From Octopus sinensis (lineage: Eukaryota), in the NCBI RefSeq assembly GCF_006345805.1, contig NC_042997.1, positions 35,774,001 to 35,838,000 of the forward strand: DNA of 64,000 nucleotides, read 5' to 3'. This document shows positions 27,941-40,543 of this stretch, piece after piece. Position 1 is the stretch's first letter. Each line of letters begins with the position of its first letter. The notes below the pieces were generated by a model. The model worked only from the letters and a program-made list of their open reading frames with translations. It did not search any database and had not been told where the DNA came from. Made by a program: the position numbers and the translations under genes.

Positions 27941-28277
27941 CACGGAACCTATCGGGAACGAGAAATTTTTTTTAAGAGAAACAATGTAGATCTGGAGTGA
28001 ATCTGGCCGCATTGGTGACCATTCACAGTAGACGGTGTAAAAGTGAGAGAGCGGGGCAAAATAGAAAGAGACAGAGAGAAACATTTAGGGAGATGTGCTT
28101 GAGAAGGTCATAATTTGCAGGCGTACATATGATCAGAAATGTATTTAAACTTCAATGGAATGGCATTTAGCTAATAGAGAGGTGAGATGTTTCTAGGGTA
28201 AGGTACTAACAGTAGGTAGATCGAAATTATAGATTATATCCCATAGAGAGTGAAAACGTAAGAGACTAGAAGATATA

Positions 28278-29560
28278 CGAGGGACTTTCAATAAGTAATT
28301 CCTCTGACCCACTTGCAGTTGTTTGATCTAGCTGAAATTTTGCATGTGCAATTATTTATATCTCTATAGATGAAGTAGCAAATAACATCTTTTAACTAAG
28401 TGTGGTTTCTGATTTACATGTGTTTGAACTGAGTCAAGTGTGAAATGGAGCCTGTTGAGTGTCGAGCAGTGATTCGGTTTTTGTATTTGAAAGGACGCAC
28501 ACCATGGGAGACTTTTGATGAAATGAAAGTAACTTATGGTGATGATGTCCCATCATATGACCTTGTAAAACGCTGGCATCGTGAATTCAAAGATGGTCGG
28601 AACTCTGTGGAAACAGCTCCCAGATCTGGTCGCCCCGCTTCTGCCATTGATGAAGCATCTGTCCGTCAAGTTGAGGCTGCCATTTTGGAAGATCGACGCC
28701 TAACTATTCGCGAAATAGCCCATGAGGTCAAGATTAGTACCGGGTCTGTGGAAACTATCATTCATGACCATTTGCATATGCAAAAGGGTGTCTGCCAGAT
28801 GAATTCCCAGGCTGCTCACCCCTTTCCAGAAGCAAGAACGCGTCGAGTGCTCGAGGATGATGTGCCAAGAAGATGAGTCAAAAATTTTCAAAAGACTGAT
28901 TACACAGGATGAAACCTGGGTCTATCACTATGATCCAGAGACCAAAGCCCAGTCAATGCAGTGAAAGCACCATGAATCACCTTCTCCAAAGAAAGCAAGG
29001 GTGCATCCCTCCGCTGGTAAGATCATGCTCACAGTCTTCTGGGACCAGGACGGCGTAGTGATGACAGATTTCCTGGAAAAGGGTACCACAATTACAGGAG
29101 CTTACTGTGCTTCACTTTTGAAGAAATTAAGAGAAGCTATCAAAATCAAGAGGCGGGGCAAGATTAGCAAAAGCAGCCTCCTTCTGCAGGACAACGCTCC
29201 GGTTCATAACTCGCTTGTCGCCAGATCAGAAGCACAGGCGTACGGCTATGAACTCCTCCCCCACCCCCTACTCTCCTGACCTTGCACCCTCTGATTTTCA
29301 CCTCTTCCCAGCCATGAAGTTGTTTTTGAAAGGAAAGCGTTTCCCAGATGATGCAGCCTTGATTTCTGAAGTCACGTCGTCGTTGGATGACCAAGCTGGG
29401 GTCTTCTAAAAAAACCGTCTCCAGAGCTGCATCAAACGATGGGAGAAATGCGTAACTCTGGGTGGTTCCTATGTAGAAAAAGACTAATAACTGTGCCAAG
29501 TTTCGTTGCTCTACTGCTATGGGAAGTGGGTCAGGGGCATTACTTATTAAACGCCCCTGG
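28278..29560 (+). mobile_element. Full-length mariner-like DNA transposon (~1.28 kb), probably irritans/Bytmar-like, non-functional
   Basis: 37-bp TIRs: left CGAGGGACTTTCAATAAGTAATTCCTCTGACCCACTT, right (reverse complement) CCAGGGGCGTTTAATAAGTAATGCCCCTGACCCACTT, 6 mismatches. TA on both flanks (28276-77, 29561-62). Internal transposase. Confidence 0.95.
28445..29487 (+). pseudogene. mariner transposase pseudogene (DD34D)
   Basis: N-terminal HTH region MEPVECRAVIRFLYLKG..RSGRP; KVSAR*IPRLLT (WVPREL-type motif); ITQDETWVYHYDPETK; LLLQDNAPVH; YSPDLAPSDFHLF. Frameshifts near 28787 and 29270 plus in-frame stops. Confidence 0.93.
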
Positions 29561-29575
29561 TATTTAATTATGTGA

Positions 29576-29986
29576 CTCTCTTTACTCTTTTACTTGTTTC
29601 AGTCATTTCACTGCGGCCATGCTGGAGCACCGCCTTTAGTCGAGCAAATCGACCCCAGGACTTATTCTTTGTAAGCCCAGTACTTATTCTATCGGTCTCT
29701 TTTGCCGAACCGCTAAGTGACGGGGACGTAAACACATCAGCATCGGTTGTCAAGCAATGCTAGGGGGCCAAACACATACACACAAACACATACAAACATA
29801 TATATATATATATACATATATACGACAGGCTTCTTTCAGTTTCCGTCTACCAGATCCACTCACAAGGCATTGGTCGGCCCAAGGCTATAGCAGAAGACAC
29901 TTGCCCAAGATGACACGCAGTGGGACTGAACCCGGAAACATGTGGTTGGTTAGCAAGCTACTTACCACACAGCCTCTCATGCGCCT
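29576..29986 (-). mobile_element. SINE family A
   Basis: Reverse complement of 26821-27243, lying about 15 bp beyond the right mariner TIR. Confidence 0.9.
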
Positions 29987-30513
29987 ATGTATATGCGACT
30001 GTGTATGTGTGTGTGTGTTGATATATCTGTATGTGCATGCGAGCGTACACAGGGAGAGATTCTTTCCCCAATAACTGGCCTGAGACAAAATCATATGTTT
30101 GAAACTGTTTTATTTTCATTGTGAAAGTTTAGTCAACCAGAGCGCAAAGAGTTTCAAACTAACTTTTCATTTAATTTTTGATGTTAGAAAATTTACGACC
30201 TTTAATTGTTATTTGATATTTTGACAGTGTGCAGTTAGTCATGTTTAGTTTTAATTTCTCTCTGTATACAATGCTCTATGTGTCATTACAAACATTCTTT
30301 CTTTTACATAGATTGTTGGCTTTGAAAGTATGGCGATGTCGTTCGCTGCGTATATCTAAATTTGCATACGTGCTTTTGTGCGTGTAATTGAACTAGATTT
30401 TGTGAGTTGTGTTACAATGTGAAAAGGACTTCTCTAGCTCTTCCCCTCTCTCTCCCACTTATGTTAACGTACATCATCAACAACAAAAACAACAACAAAA
30501 TAATATTAATAAT

Positions 30514-30968
30514 ATGCTCGCATGGCGTTTGATCTTAATTAACGGGCAGTGTTGTCATGGACGTTGTTTTGTCTTGGTATTAAAGATGCACTACAACAAA
30601 TATGCTCCTCAATGTCATAGCTTTGCTTGTAAGTTGATTGATCTGAACCAGTTGGGCTTGTCCCTTAGTGGCTGGTGATATGTGCATCGCTAATCACGAG
30701 GAGAAGTAGTGGGGGAAGCATCATTGCAATGTGTTAAAAGGAATTTCAAAACATGGGTGTTTCGTTCAAAATCCTTAAACGACCCATATGCAGGGACCTT
30801 TTGAGCGGAATGGTATACTCGACCTGAAAAAAATTACAACGCGCAGATGTGGTTGTGATGCATGTTCTTGATGTACCCTTATCAGACGAGTAATCGTGAT
30901 GGGTAAACTGGGCTTCGTATATTACCCCAGTGTCACTTTGAGAGCATGCACTGCTCTTTCATACACTC
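30514..30968 (+). mobile_element. Diverged, internally deleted copy of the ~555-bp (TAA)n-associated element
   Basis: Shares TGTCTTGGTAT, TGTCCCTTAGTGGCTG, CCCTTATCAGACG and TTACCCCAGTGTCACTTTGA. Ends CACTC(AAT)n. Confidence 0.8.
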
Positions 30969-31122
30969 AATAATAATAATAATGATAATGATGATGATAA
31001 AAATAAAAATAATAATAATGATGATGATAATGATGATGATGATGATGTGATGATGATGATGTAGATGATTATGATGATGATGATGAGGATGATGATGATG
31101 ATGGTGGTGATGATGATGGTGG

Positions 31123-31174
<52 letters not shown>

Positions 31175-31321
31175 ATCCCCTTAAACACCCATTTATGATC
31201 ATCTCAAGTACAAGACAAAAGTTGAAACTAAAAAACATTCAATAATACTTTTTAAAAATAAATTGAAATAATAATTATGATGGTAATAAGGGTGATGGCG
31301 GTAATAATGATAATAATAATA

Positions 31322-33340
31322 ATTTAGCGAAAACTCATGTCGGATGAGAAAAAATATTAGCAACGATATATACAGACGGAGTTAGATATGCACTCGAAGG
31401 ACATTTTTGCGTTAAACCAGAAAGAGAAAGGAGAACTTAAAAGCCAACAAAAGCACAGGGCTCTGAACAGGAAGTGTAATATTTAAAGGACCTACAAATG
31501 GTAATGGAGGAACTGAAACAACTTCTCGTTGCAAAGAAAGCAAAGATTGTAAGATAGGACCAAAGAGGTAAATGGAGAGTTTACAGATAGAAAGTTGATA
31601 CCAGATAACATTGAAAGTCAAAGGTTTTGGAGTGACATCTGAAGCAAAGACAGGAGCACAAGATGGATGCTGAATGGCTGCAAGAACTTAAACAAGCTGT
31701 AGTCTGTCTACAATAGAGAGAACTAGTCATTTTAGTTGAGGAAGGAAATCAGGAACAAAATGGGCAACTGGAATGTCCCGGGACTAGATGGTGTTCAAGG
31801 CTACAGGATCAAAAGATTTGCTGAATATCATGCAAGAATAGCTGTACAACTCAACACCTTGTTAAATGCTGGCCAAGTAAGACCGCAGTGGTTGACAATG
31901 TGTAGGACAGTACTGTACCTGAAAAACATCGAAAAAGGCAATACGGTAGACAATTACAAGCCGATATCCTGCTTGCCAGTTATGTGGAAATTATTGACTG
32001 GAATACTCGCAAAGTCAAAGTATGGACATCTGGAAAAAAATGGAGTTCTGCCATATGGGCAAAACGGTTGTAAGCGTAAGAACAGAAGTAACAAGGATCA
32101 ATTCCTGGTAGACAAAACTGTACTCAGAGACTGCAAGATGAGGAAACCTAACTTAGCCATTCATGGGTCGATTGTCCTTAGGCGTACAATATGACCCCAC
32201 ATTATTGGATTATGGAATATATGAACTTATTTGGTATTGCTTGAGTGATTGCTTGGAAAAAGTATGGTGAAATGGAGGCCGGAACTGACAGCATATGGAA
32301 GAATTTCGGGACAATAAAAATCAGGATATGCATTTGCCTATCCCCACTGGTCTTTGTACTGTGCACGATAACACTATCACTGATTCTGAGGACAGCAGAG
32401 ACTGCGTATGTATTCAAAATACGCCAACAATAAGTCAACCACTTGCTATTCATGGATGACCTCAAACTATATGGTAAAAATAAATCCCAAATCTGTTCCG
32501 TCGTTAATACAGTGTATACTTTCAGTGATGATATCAGAACGGAGTACGGAATGAAAAAGTGTTGTGTGTTAGACATGAAGAGAGACAAAATCAAATATTG
32601 TATAGACGGGCTAACGTCTATATATAGACGGACTAAAAACGGGGGAGGTTGTGTAGCAGTTAGGAGGGACAGGCTATAAGTACTTAGGGATACTGGAAAC
32701 GGATATATGGATGGAGAAATAACTGGCAGAAAATGTTAAGGTGGAGTACAGTATTTGTGAATAAAATGGTAAAACTGTATGGTATATTACCAGTCAATGT
32801 ACGCCACTAGCCCAGAAAGAATATAAGAGAGTCATGACAATATAGCAAGGATTGTCTATTGGACACTTTGCAGCAAGTATGGATGTGACAGAGCAAACAA
32901 TTTGTCCATACAAAAATCATCCGAAGACATCACCAGGAGATAGAGAATAGGAAGCCAGACATAGTGTTAATTGCGAAGGAAAGCAAACGATAGTGTATCA
33001 TACATAGCATGCGCAGATGACAGCATGTTATGGGATAAGGAAGATAGGAAAAGTCGATAGATATGACAGATAGCGTGCGATTTTAAGGAGTTGTGCTCGA
33101 TGGAAAAGGTGGTAGTAGTACCAATAATTGCCGGAGCCCTGGGAACTGCCTTGAGAAGTACATGGAACAAATAGGGGCTGCAGTAAGTATGGAGCTCTTT
33201 CAGTAAACAGCACTGCTTGGAACTGCTCGAATACTCCGGATGGTGCTTGAAAAGTAAGAGGTGATACCTTAGTTCACCGGTAATGAACAGCTGGCACCGT
33301 AGTACATCTCCAGCGATAGAAGCTGTTCAAAGACTATAAC
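31322..33340 (+). mobile_element. Older degenerate R4/Dong-clade LINE (different family)
   Basis: NWNVPGLDGVQGY, NYKPISCLPVMWKLLTG, QNGC, LSPLVFVLC, LLFMDDLKLYG, YKYLGI, RKPDIV, QTALLGTARIL-like remnants with many stops and deletions. Starts after (TAA)n and ends in a (CAA/TAA)n tail. Confidence 0.85.
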
Positions 33341-33387
33341 TAACAACAACAACAACAACAGCAACAACAACAATAATGATAATAATA

Positions 33388-33590
33388 GGTGAACTGGCAA
33401 AATCGTTAGCGCTGGCGCCATTCGTCCGTCTTTAACTTCTGAGTTCAAATTCCGCCGAAATCGTCCCTTTGCTTTCATCCCTTCAGGGTCAATAAATCAA
33501 TTACCAGTTTAATACTGAGATCGATGTAATTGACTTAACGCTTCACCCCAAAATTTCAGACCTTGAGCCTATGGCAGAAAGAATTGTTAT
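33388..33590 (+). mobile_element. SINE family B-related, diverged
   Basis: CTGGCAAAATCGTTAGC..TTCTGAGTTCAAATTCCGCCGA..CTTTCATCCCTTCAGGGTC. Confidence 0.75.
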
Positions 33591-33708
33591 TAGTTTTGGT
33601 TTGACTCAGTTTCGGTCTTATTCCCGGAAGGATTTATGCGGCTAGAGTGTTACTATTTCTAATCTTAGGTATGCACACGTTTCCAGTTGTCTTTCTTTTT
33701 CTTCTTTT

Positions 33709-33803
<95 letters not shown>

Positions 33804-33849
33804 CATTATATTATTATCATTATTATTATTATTATTATTGTTGTTGTTA

Positions 33850-34050
33850 CTAGTATTCAAAAACACAACTCGTATAGTTAATTACTGGCTATTCTTTAAT
33901 TGAAAGCTAGCAATAATAAATCACCAAAAGGTTGCATGTAGTTCCTCCTCCTGTGACTCATTGTCATAATACTCTCCTTAGAATGCGAGCTATACCTAAC
34001 AATGGTGTCTTCTGGATCACTTCGAGCCTGACAGCAGCTCCAATATTCTT
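33850..34050 (-). mobile_element. 3' fragment of another R4/Dong-like family
   Basis: Minus strand reads NIGAAVRLEVIQKTPLLGIARILRRVL*, then a UTR and a (CAA)(TAA)n tail. Flanked by (TTA)n. Confidence 0.7.
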
Positions 34051-34108
34051 AATATTATTATTATTATTGGTATTATTATTATTATTATTATTGTTATTAT
34101 TATTATTA

Positions 34109-34151
<43 letters not shown>

Positions 34152-34173
34152 GTTATTATTATTATTATTATTA

Positions 34174-34254
<81 letters not shown>

Positions 34255-34259
<5 letters not shown>

Positions 34260-34480
34260 TAGTTTTATTTTTTATAGCGTGCTTTCACTTCACTACTGAG
34301 CGCAGCTCTGTGTGCCTTGGGTATGTGCTGTGATTTGTTGTGATGCTCTGATGGTTATTGCATGGAAAGTGTTCTGCGTAGGATGTGTGCAGTGCCTAGT
34401 ATTGCAATTTTCTGTATGTTATATGTGTTTGTATGTCCTGGTGTTTTTGTTATGTATTTGTCTGAATATTTTTTATCATG
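34255..34480 (-). mobile_element. 3' terminal fragment of the 38284-40450 R4/Dong family
   Basis: Highly similar to 40221-40450 (KKYSDKYITK..QKIAILGTAHILRRTLS plus 3' UTR). (TTA)n on both sides. Confidence 0.9.
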
Positions 34481-35177
34481 TATTATTATTATTATTATTA
34501 TCATTATTATCATTATTATTATTATTATTATTATTATCATCATCATCATCATCACCATCATCATCGTCAAACGATTTATGGCATGTTATATAGATAAATA
34601 TTCAAATATATTCGTTGGGTTTTATTTGAGGTGGGCGTGTATGTTTCTTTGTGTGGCTATTTCAAGTTGTGCTCTCTAAAAAAAAAATCTATATTTCAAC
34701 TAATTACAACGAATAATATATTAGTTAGGAACCAGCATTGCAGAATTAAATTTACCACACAAGTGAATTGTCAAAAGCAAAATGTGTTTCGCCGCAAATT
34801 TACAAAGAGCTTTCCATTAATACCAGGAAACGAATGTAACACAAGAATGTAAGTAAATGGAATTTTAGTTGTATCTTTTAATCATTAATGCAAAGTAATA
34901 GAGTAAAAGTGCCTTTTTTCTATTCAATACTTTTAAATGCTTAATGATAGAAGCGAAGTATAGGTAATTATATTACTGTGGAAATTATTGTATTGCTAGA
35001 GTATTGCGAGCGGTCTAATGCACGTAATGTGTGATGCTGTATTTCACTGGATAATTGACAATACGCTTATGTTCTTGACTATTATTCCTTGAACTTTTGC
35101 GCTATCCATAAATTTATAACAATAAAATTACAAACTGAGAAATTTATATAACAAAGCTGTAATGGGGAACGTAAGTT

Positions 35178-35216
<39 letters not shown>

Positions 35217-36612
35217 GTTGAAATTTATAGAAAAGCAATAGACGAAGACAGGTGTGTGAACAACAAGCAAGTATATATGCTCGGGAAAATGTAATGGTCA
35301 TTTATGTTTCCCTTCTACACTGTTCTACAGAAAGGAATACGAGAGAATAAACACAGAGAGAGAGGGGGGATGAAAAGAGTCCTTTTAGTTTTCAGCGGTG
35401 TAGCATGACAAATAAATATTTATGTATATACAGTTCACTTTTACGTTAGGGTATCATCAACTACATAAGTACTCCTTCTGGGAGGAGATAAATATAGATA
35501 AATAAAGTACGCAGTATATAGATATGAGCCACTTATAGTTTCATGCATTAGAAATAATTTCTTCACTGGTTTTAATAATACAAATCGGGACAATCAGACA
35601 AGAAAAATTACAAGAATAAAAGCGCGGACTGCAGATGCAAAAGGGGGAAGGGCAAAAGAAACGAAAAAAAAAAAAGGAATGAATTAGGATATATCGCTCT
35701 TGATCGTAAAGCCATAAATCTACTTCACGTATAATGTATGACAGGTGGTTAAAGTCTGCGATTGAGCTAGTAAATCCGGATATGGATGCGTTCTTCAATT
35801 CACCAGAAGAAAAAATGTCCATATGTAAGAATTTGCTGCCAATTTAAGATCTGGAATTGAACAATGCGATAAGATTCATAGATGTGAAAAGGATACGTGA
35901 TGTTTCTACTACGTATAACTTGCAATTTTTAGAGACATTTCCATAAGAAATGACATTCTATACATAGAAAAATATCTATGCTTGTGTTAATCGATTTAAC
36001 GTTATCCGTCTTTACTTCTGCACTTAGTGCAGAGGTAAATGTATACCCACCAACAATTTGCTTTACTTCTTTATGACTTGGTGCCAATTCTCAACTGTTT
36101 TATTTCGGTATCGCCATTGTTACAAATGTTTCAGAGTATGCAAGAGTTTAAATTAGTTTTCACGGGTATAATGGGATTAAGCGCAAACAATAACCTGTTG
36201 ATTCTTTTATATAATATTTTGTCATACATATTTCAGAAATTTCCAGATTGCAAGTATATTAGTCCATAACATGCACCAAAACAACTCCAGGGGGCAAAGC
36301 CAACAAAGAAACGTGCATTTTTGAATTATATTTTATAATTTTTCAGAGAAATGATGCTCACATTTATCAAATTTATAATACCAAATCATTCTACCACATG
36401 AGCATAGAGCGTGATATTTCAGGCTTTGATATAAAGCAAACTGGTGTGTCTCTTCTTGCAGTCAATGGGTATATATTTTGAGCAAATCAAACTAGGAATC
36501 GAATTAGATTATGCTAAACACAGCAGTAACGTAATCATGATCTTTATTTGATTTAATACGCCGCTATACAATTGTAGCACTTTCTCACTCTCTCTCTTTC
36601 TTTCGCTTTCTA

Positions 36613-36656
<44 letters not shown>

Positions 36657-36679
36657 GTATGTATGAATGTGTGTCTATG

Positions 36680-36711
<32 letters not shown>

Positions 36712-36849
36712 TATGCAAATATGTATATGCGTGTATGTCTATGTGCGCCTGTGTCTCTTTACTTAACCCTATATATGTATATATATATATAGAAAGAGAG
36801 AGAGAGAGAGAAAGAGATGGAAAGAGAGAGATACCTAAAAAGACAACAA

Positions 36850-37540
36850 GTTAAAAGTTCAAGTTGGTCTTAATGACTAGGGTGACATATACTTGGGTCT
36901 GCAAGAGAGTGTGTTCTTCCAGAGCTTATATAAGAAAACAGAAAATTTAAAAGTTTGTTTGAAAATTTGGGATTACATAGTATTTTTGTAAGGAACGGAC
37001 AGTTCCCATGAACACTACTTTTTAAATATCTTCCATATTTGGATTTCCTGGTATCTGAGCCATGTAGCAATCAGTCATTTTGCTATCCATCCTGGGGTAC
37101 CTATGATAACAGGTTCTGTTTTAGTCTAGATGTTCCATATTTTGTCGATCTATCTAATACTTGATCAATTTTTGGTAGATCTTAACAAATACAATTATGT
37201 CGATTGGGACACTGATATCGGTGAGGAGGCTTGATTTTTATCTTAAGTCCTTCCGAATAATGTCTAGCCTATTCACATCTACCTTCCTGTCAGTCTGAAC
37301 AGTGAAATTCCAGAGGAGTGAGAAGTGGTAATTTTCAAGCACCAGAGGTGTTTTGTTTTCCCACCAGTTTTTAAAGTGGGATAGATCCAAGTTCTTTACA
37401 AACTATCTAGTGAATATACCTTGCTGCTTTACCATGGCTGTTGAGATACTCTGAAGGCGAAAGGAAAATGCACACGGAGACAACATGATCGATACTTTCA
37501 TTTTGTTGTTTACATACACGACATGTTGAGCTACTGCCAT
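36850..37540 (-). mobile_element. Degenerate R4/Dong 3' fragment (CCHC + RLE)
   Basis: Minus strand reads CRVCKQQNESIDHVVSVC..., LLWNFTVQTDRKVDVNRLDII, DISVP, PVIIGTPG. Preceded on the minus strand by (TAA)n. Confidence 0.8.
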
Positions 37541-37630
37541 TATTATTAGCATTATTATTATTATTATTATCATTATTATTATTATTATCATTATTATTAT
37601 TATTGTTATTGTTGTTGTTGTTATTATTAT

Positions 37631-38196
37631 TGAGAGAGAGAGAGAGAGAGCAGTGCATGCCATGATAGTGACACTGGGGTAAAATATACGAAGCCAAGTA
37701 TACCCATCATGACTACCCGTCTGATAACGGTACACTAGGCACATGCATCGCAACCATATGTGCAAGAAACGTCGACCTCATATCAAGATAAAGTGTACAT
37801 GACCTTGCAGGTGGAGCCCAGTAAGAATTTTCTTCTGGTCGAGTAACGCATCCCGCTCAAAAGGTCTCCGGATACGGGTTGCTTTAGGATGTTGAACGAA
37901 GCACCCATGTTTCCAGAGGTGAATTATTCAAACACCAAAGAATCCCTCCAAACACATGACTATGATGCTCGCAAACTACTTCTGCTCGTGATCAGAGATG
38001 CACATATCGTCAGCCACTAAAAGACATGCTCAACTGGTTAAAGTAAAAAAACTGACAAACAGATCTGTGGTATTGAGCCGTATATTTGCTGTAGCCCATC
38101 TTTTATACCAAGATAAAACAATGTACATGATAACACTTCGAATCAGTTAAGATCAGGAGCTAAGAGAGCCACTGTCTGGTACTGCATCAGTGCATT

Positions 38197-38197
<1 letters not shown>
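37631..38197 (-). mobile_element. ~555-bp (TAA)n-associated element, inverted full copy
   Basis: Reverse complement of 40700-41255 with the same 5' start (GCACTGATGCAGTACCAG). Minus-strand (TAA)n tail at 37540-37630. Confidence 0.85.
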
Positions 38198-38283
<86 letters not shown>

Positions 38284-38296
38284 CTGCCTCCCTACT

Positions 38297-39706
38297 ATGT
38301 TCAAGGCATTTACTGCAGTGATATGGCAAAGGCTGAACAAGCACCTGGACGAAAACAAACTGTTCCCAGAAGAGCAGAAAGGATGCCGCAAGGGCTCATA
38401 TGGCTGTAAAGATCAACTAATGATTAATAAAGCCGTAACTGAAGACAGCCACAGAAAGAAGAAAGGCCTCAGTATGGCCTGGATTGACTACAAAAAGGCG
38501 TTTGATAGCATCCCCCACACATGGATCCTCGAAACACTAGCCATTAACAAAGTAGCACCAACAATCATAAAATTCATAGAGCACTCTATGAATAAATGGC
38601 AAACAGTCCTACACCTCCAAACAAAAGAGGGACTCATGAAAACCAAAGACATCTCCATTAAAAGAGGAATATTCCAGGGAGACACGCTCTCTCCACTCCT
38701 TTTCTGCTTGGCACTGTCACCTCTATCTGATATGCTAAATAGAACAGGATGCGGATATAAATGTTACGGCAAAACGATCAGCCACCTTTTATATATGGAT
38801 GACCTAAAACTATACGCTGCAAATGACAAACAGCTGGAAACACTATTAAAGACAGTTCATGGATTTACCAAAGAAATAGATATGAAATTTGGATTAGAAA
38901 AATGCGCCAAAGTAACCATGAAAAGAGGAAAACTAGTTAAGAGTAACAACATCACACTAGATAAAACCAATGAAATAAAAGAATTAGACCAAAGCCAAAC
39001 TTACAAATACTTAGGAATCCATGAACTAGATAAGACACAACACACACAAATGAAAGAGAAAATAAAAAAAGAATATTATAGACGAGTTAGATCAATACTA
39101 AAAACAGAGCTCAATGCTAAAAACAAAATAATAGGTATCAACACTTTAGCTGTCCCAGTTATAAGTTACAGCTACAATATCCTTAACTGGACACGAAATG
39201 AACTGTCTAAAATAGATAGGAAAACAAGAAAAATACTGACAGGATCTAGGATGCATCACCCCAAATCTGACATAGAAAGATTATATATACAACGTTTAGA
39301 AGGTGGTAGAGGCCTTATACAGCTGGAAAACTACTATAAAATAGCCACCATAGGACTGCAAAAATACCTACTTCAGAAGGAAGGAAAACTGATCCAGATA
39401 GCAGCAAAACACGAGCAAAACAAAAAACAGTTCTCAGCATTTAAGGAAGCTGACAAATACAAACAAGAAATCATACCACCTAATAAACACAAAGAAGAAG
39501 AAGATGATGAAGAAACAACAAAAGCTATAAAACAAATGAAATCCAAACTAAAAATAGAACAGCAACGAGCCATGATAAAACGATGGCAAGAAAAGCCCCT
39601 TCATGGTAAATACTGCACTAAACTAAACGCAAAAGAAATAGACAAAGAAAAATCCCAGCAATGGTTGAGAAGCTCAGGACTCAAGCAGAAACAGAGGGAT
39701 TTTTAA
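38297..39706 (+). CDS. Reverse transcriptase domain of R4/Dong retrotransposon (partial, frameshifted near 39682)
   Basis: EEQKGCR, WIDYKKAFDSIPH, RGIFQGDTLSPLLF, HLLYMDDLKLY, KFGLEKC, YKYLGI, GGRGL motifs. Confidence 0.92.
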   Translation: MFKAFTAVIWQRLNKHLDENKLFPEEQKGCRKGSYGCKDQLMINKAVTEDSHRKKKGLSMAWIDYKKAFDSIPHTWILETLAINKVAPTIIKFIEHSMNKWQTVLHLQTKEGLMKTKDISIKRGIFQGDTLSPLLFCLALSPLSDMLNRTGCGYKCYGKTISHLLYMDDLKLYAANDKQLETLLKTVHGFTKEIDMKFGLEKCAKVTMKRGKLVKSNNITLDKTNEIKELDQSQTYKYLGIHELDKTQHTQMKEKIKKEYYRRVRSILKTELNAKNKIIGINTLAVPVISYSYNILNWTRNELSKIDRKTRKILTGSRMHHPKSDIERLYIQRLEGGRGLIQLENYYKIATIGLQKYLLQKEGKLIQIAAKHEQNKKQFSAFKEADKYKQEIIPPNKHKEEEDDEETTKAIKQMKSKLKIEQQRAMIKRWQEKPLHGKYCTKLNAKEIDKEKSQQWLRSSGLKQKQRDF

Positions 39707-40347
39707 TTGCAGCACAAGACCAAAGCCTCCCCACCAGAAATTACCAAAAACATGTAATGAAAAGAAATATTACAAGTAACTGCAGAATATGTGGAGATGG
39801 ACAAGAAACAATAAATCATATTATCTCTAGCTGCCCAGTCCTGGCTAAGAAGGAATATATTCACAGACATGACAGAGTTGGAACCTGCATACATTGGAAG
39901 CTATGCCAACATTATGGAATAACAACAGAAAAAAGATGGTATAGACACACACCAGAAAAGGTCACAGAAAACGAGAAAGCAACCATACTCTGGGATATGC
40001 CGATACACACAGATAGAGAAATTAAGGCCAACAGACCAGATATAGTTGTCAGAGATGATGAAGAAAAACAATGCTTTCTAATTGATGTATCAATACCGGC
40101 AGATGACAACGTGTCTCTAAAAGAAATGGAGAAACTCTCAAAATACAAAGACCTGGAAATAGAGATAACTAGAATGTGGAACCTGAAAACAGAAACAATT
40201 CCTATCATAGGTGCATTAGGCATGATAAAAAAATATTCAGACAAATACATAACAAAAGCTCAGGGACTTACAAACACATATAACATACAGAAAATTGCAC
40301 TACTAGGCACTGCACACATCCTACGCAGAACACTTTCCATACAATAA
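39661..40347 (+). CDS. C-terminal CCHC zinc knuckle and restriction-like endonuclease of the same R4/Dong ORF
   Basis: CRICGDGQETINHIISSC, RHD, RPDIVV, IDVSIP, EKLSKYKDL, IIGALG, QKIALLGTAHILRR. One extra A at about 39682 would restore GLKAETEGF and join it to the RT frame. Confidence 0.92.
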   Translation: MVEKLRTQAETEGFLIAAQDQSLPTRNYQKHVMKRNITSNCRICGDGQETINHIISSCPVLAKKEYIHRHDRVGTCIHWKLCQHYGITTEKRWYRHTPEKVTENEKATILWDMPIHTDREIKANRPDIVVRDDEEKQCFLIDVSIPADDNVSLKEMEKLSKYKDLEIEITRMWNLKTETIPIIGALGMIKKYSDKYITKAQGLTNTYNIQKIALLGTAHILRRTLSIQ

Positions 40348-40543
40348 CCATCAGAGCATCACAACAAATCACAGCACATACCCAAGGCACAAGAGCTGCG
40401 CTCGGTAGTGAAGTGAAAGCACGCTATCAAAATAAAATAAAACTACTGAATAATAATTATATTATTATTATTTTCAAATATTCATATAATTCTTTTCGGT
40501 TTTTTTAAAAAATAATTCAGCTCTGTGTGCCTTGGGTATGTGC

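Larger units (their letters stand above)
38284..40450 (+). mobile_element. 5'-truncated R4/Dong-clade non-LTR retrotransposon inserted in (TAA)n
   Basis: RT + CCHC + RLE ORFs. Preceded by (TAA)n at 38199-38283. Short 3' UTR ends CTACTGAA followed by TAATAA. Confidence 0.93.

Noticed and set aside
35745-35824. Possible 80-nt exon (AG..GTAAGA, WLKSAIELVNPDMDAFF)
   Set aside because: Weak polypyrimidine tract, no recognisable homology and no partner exons.
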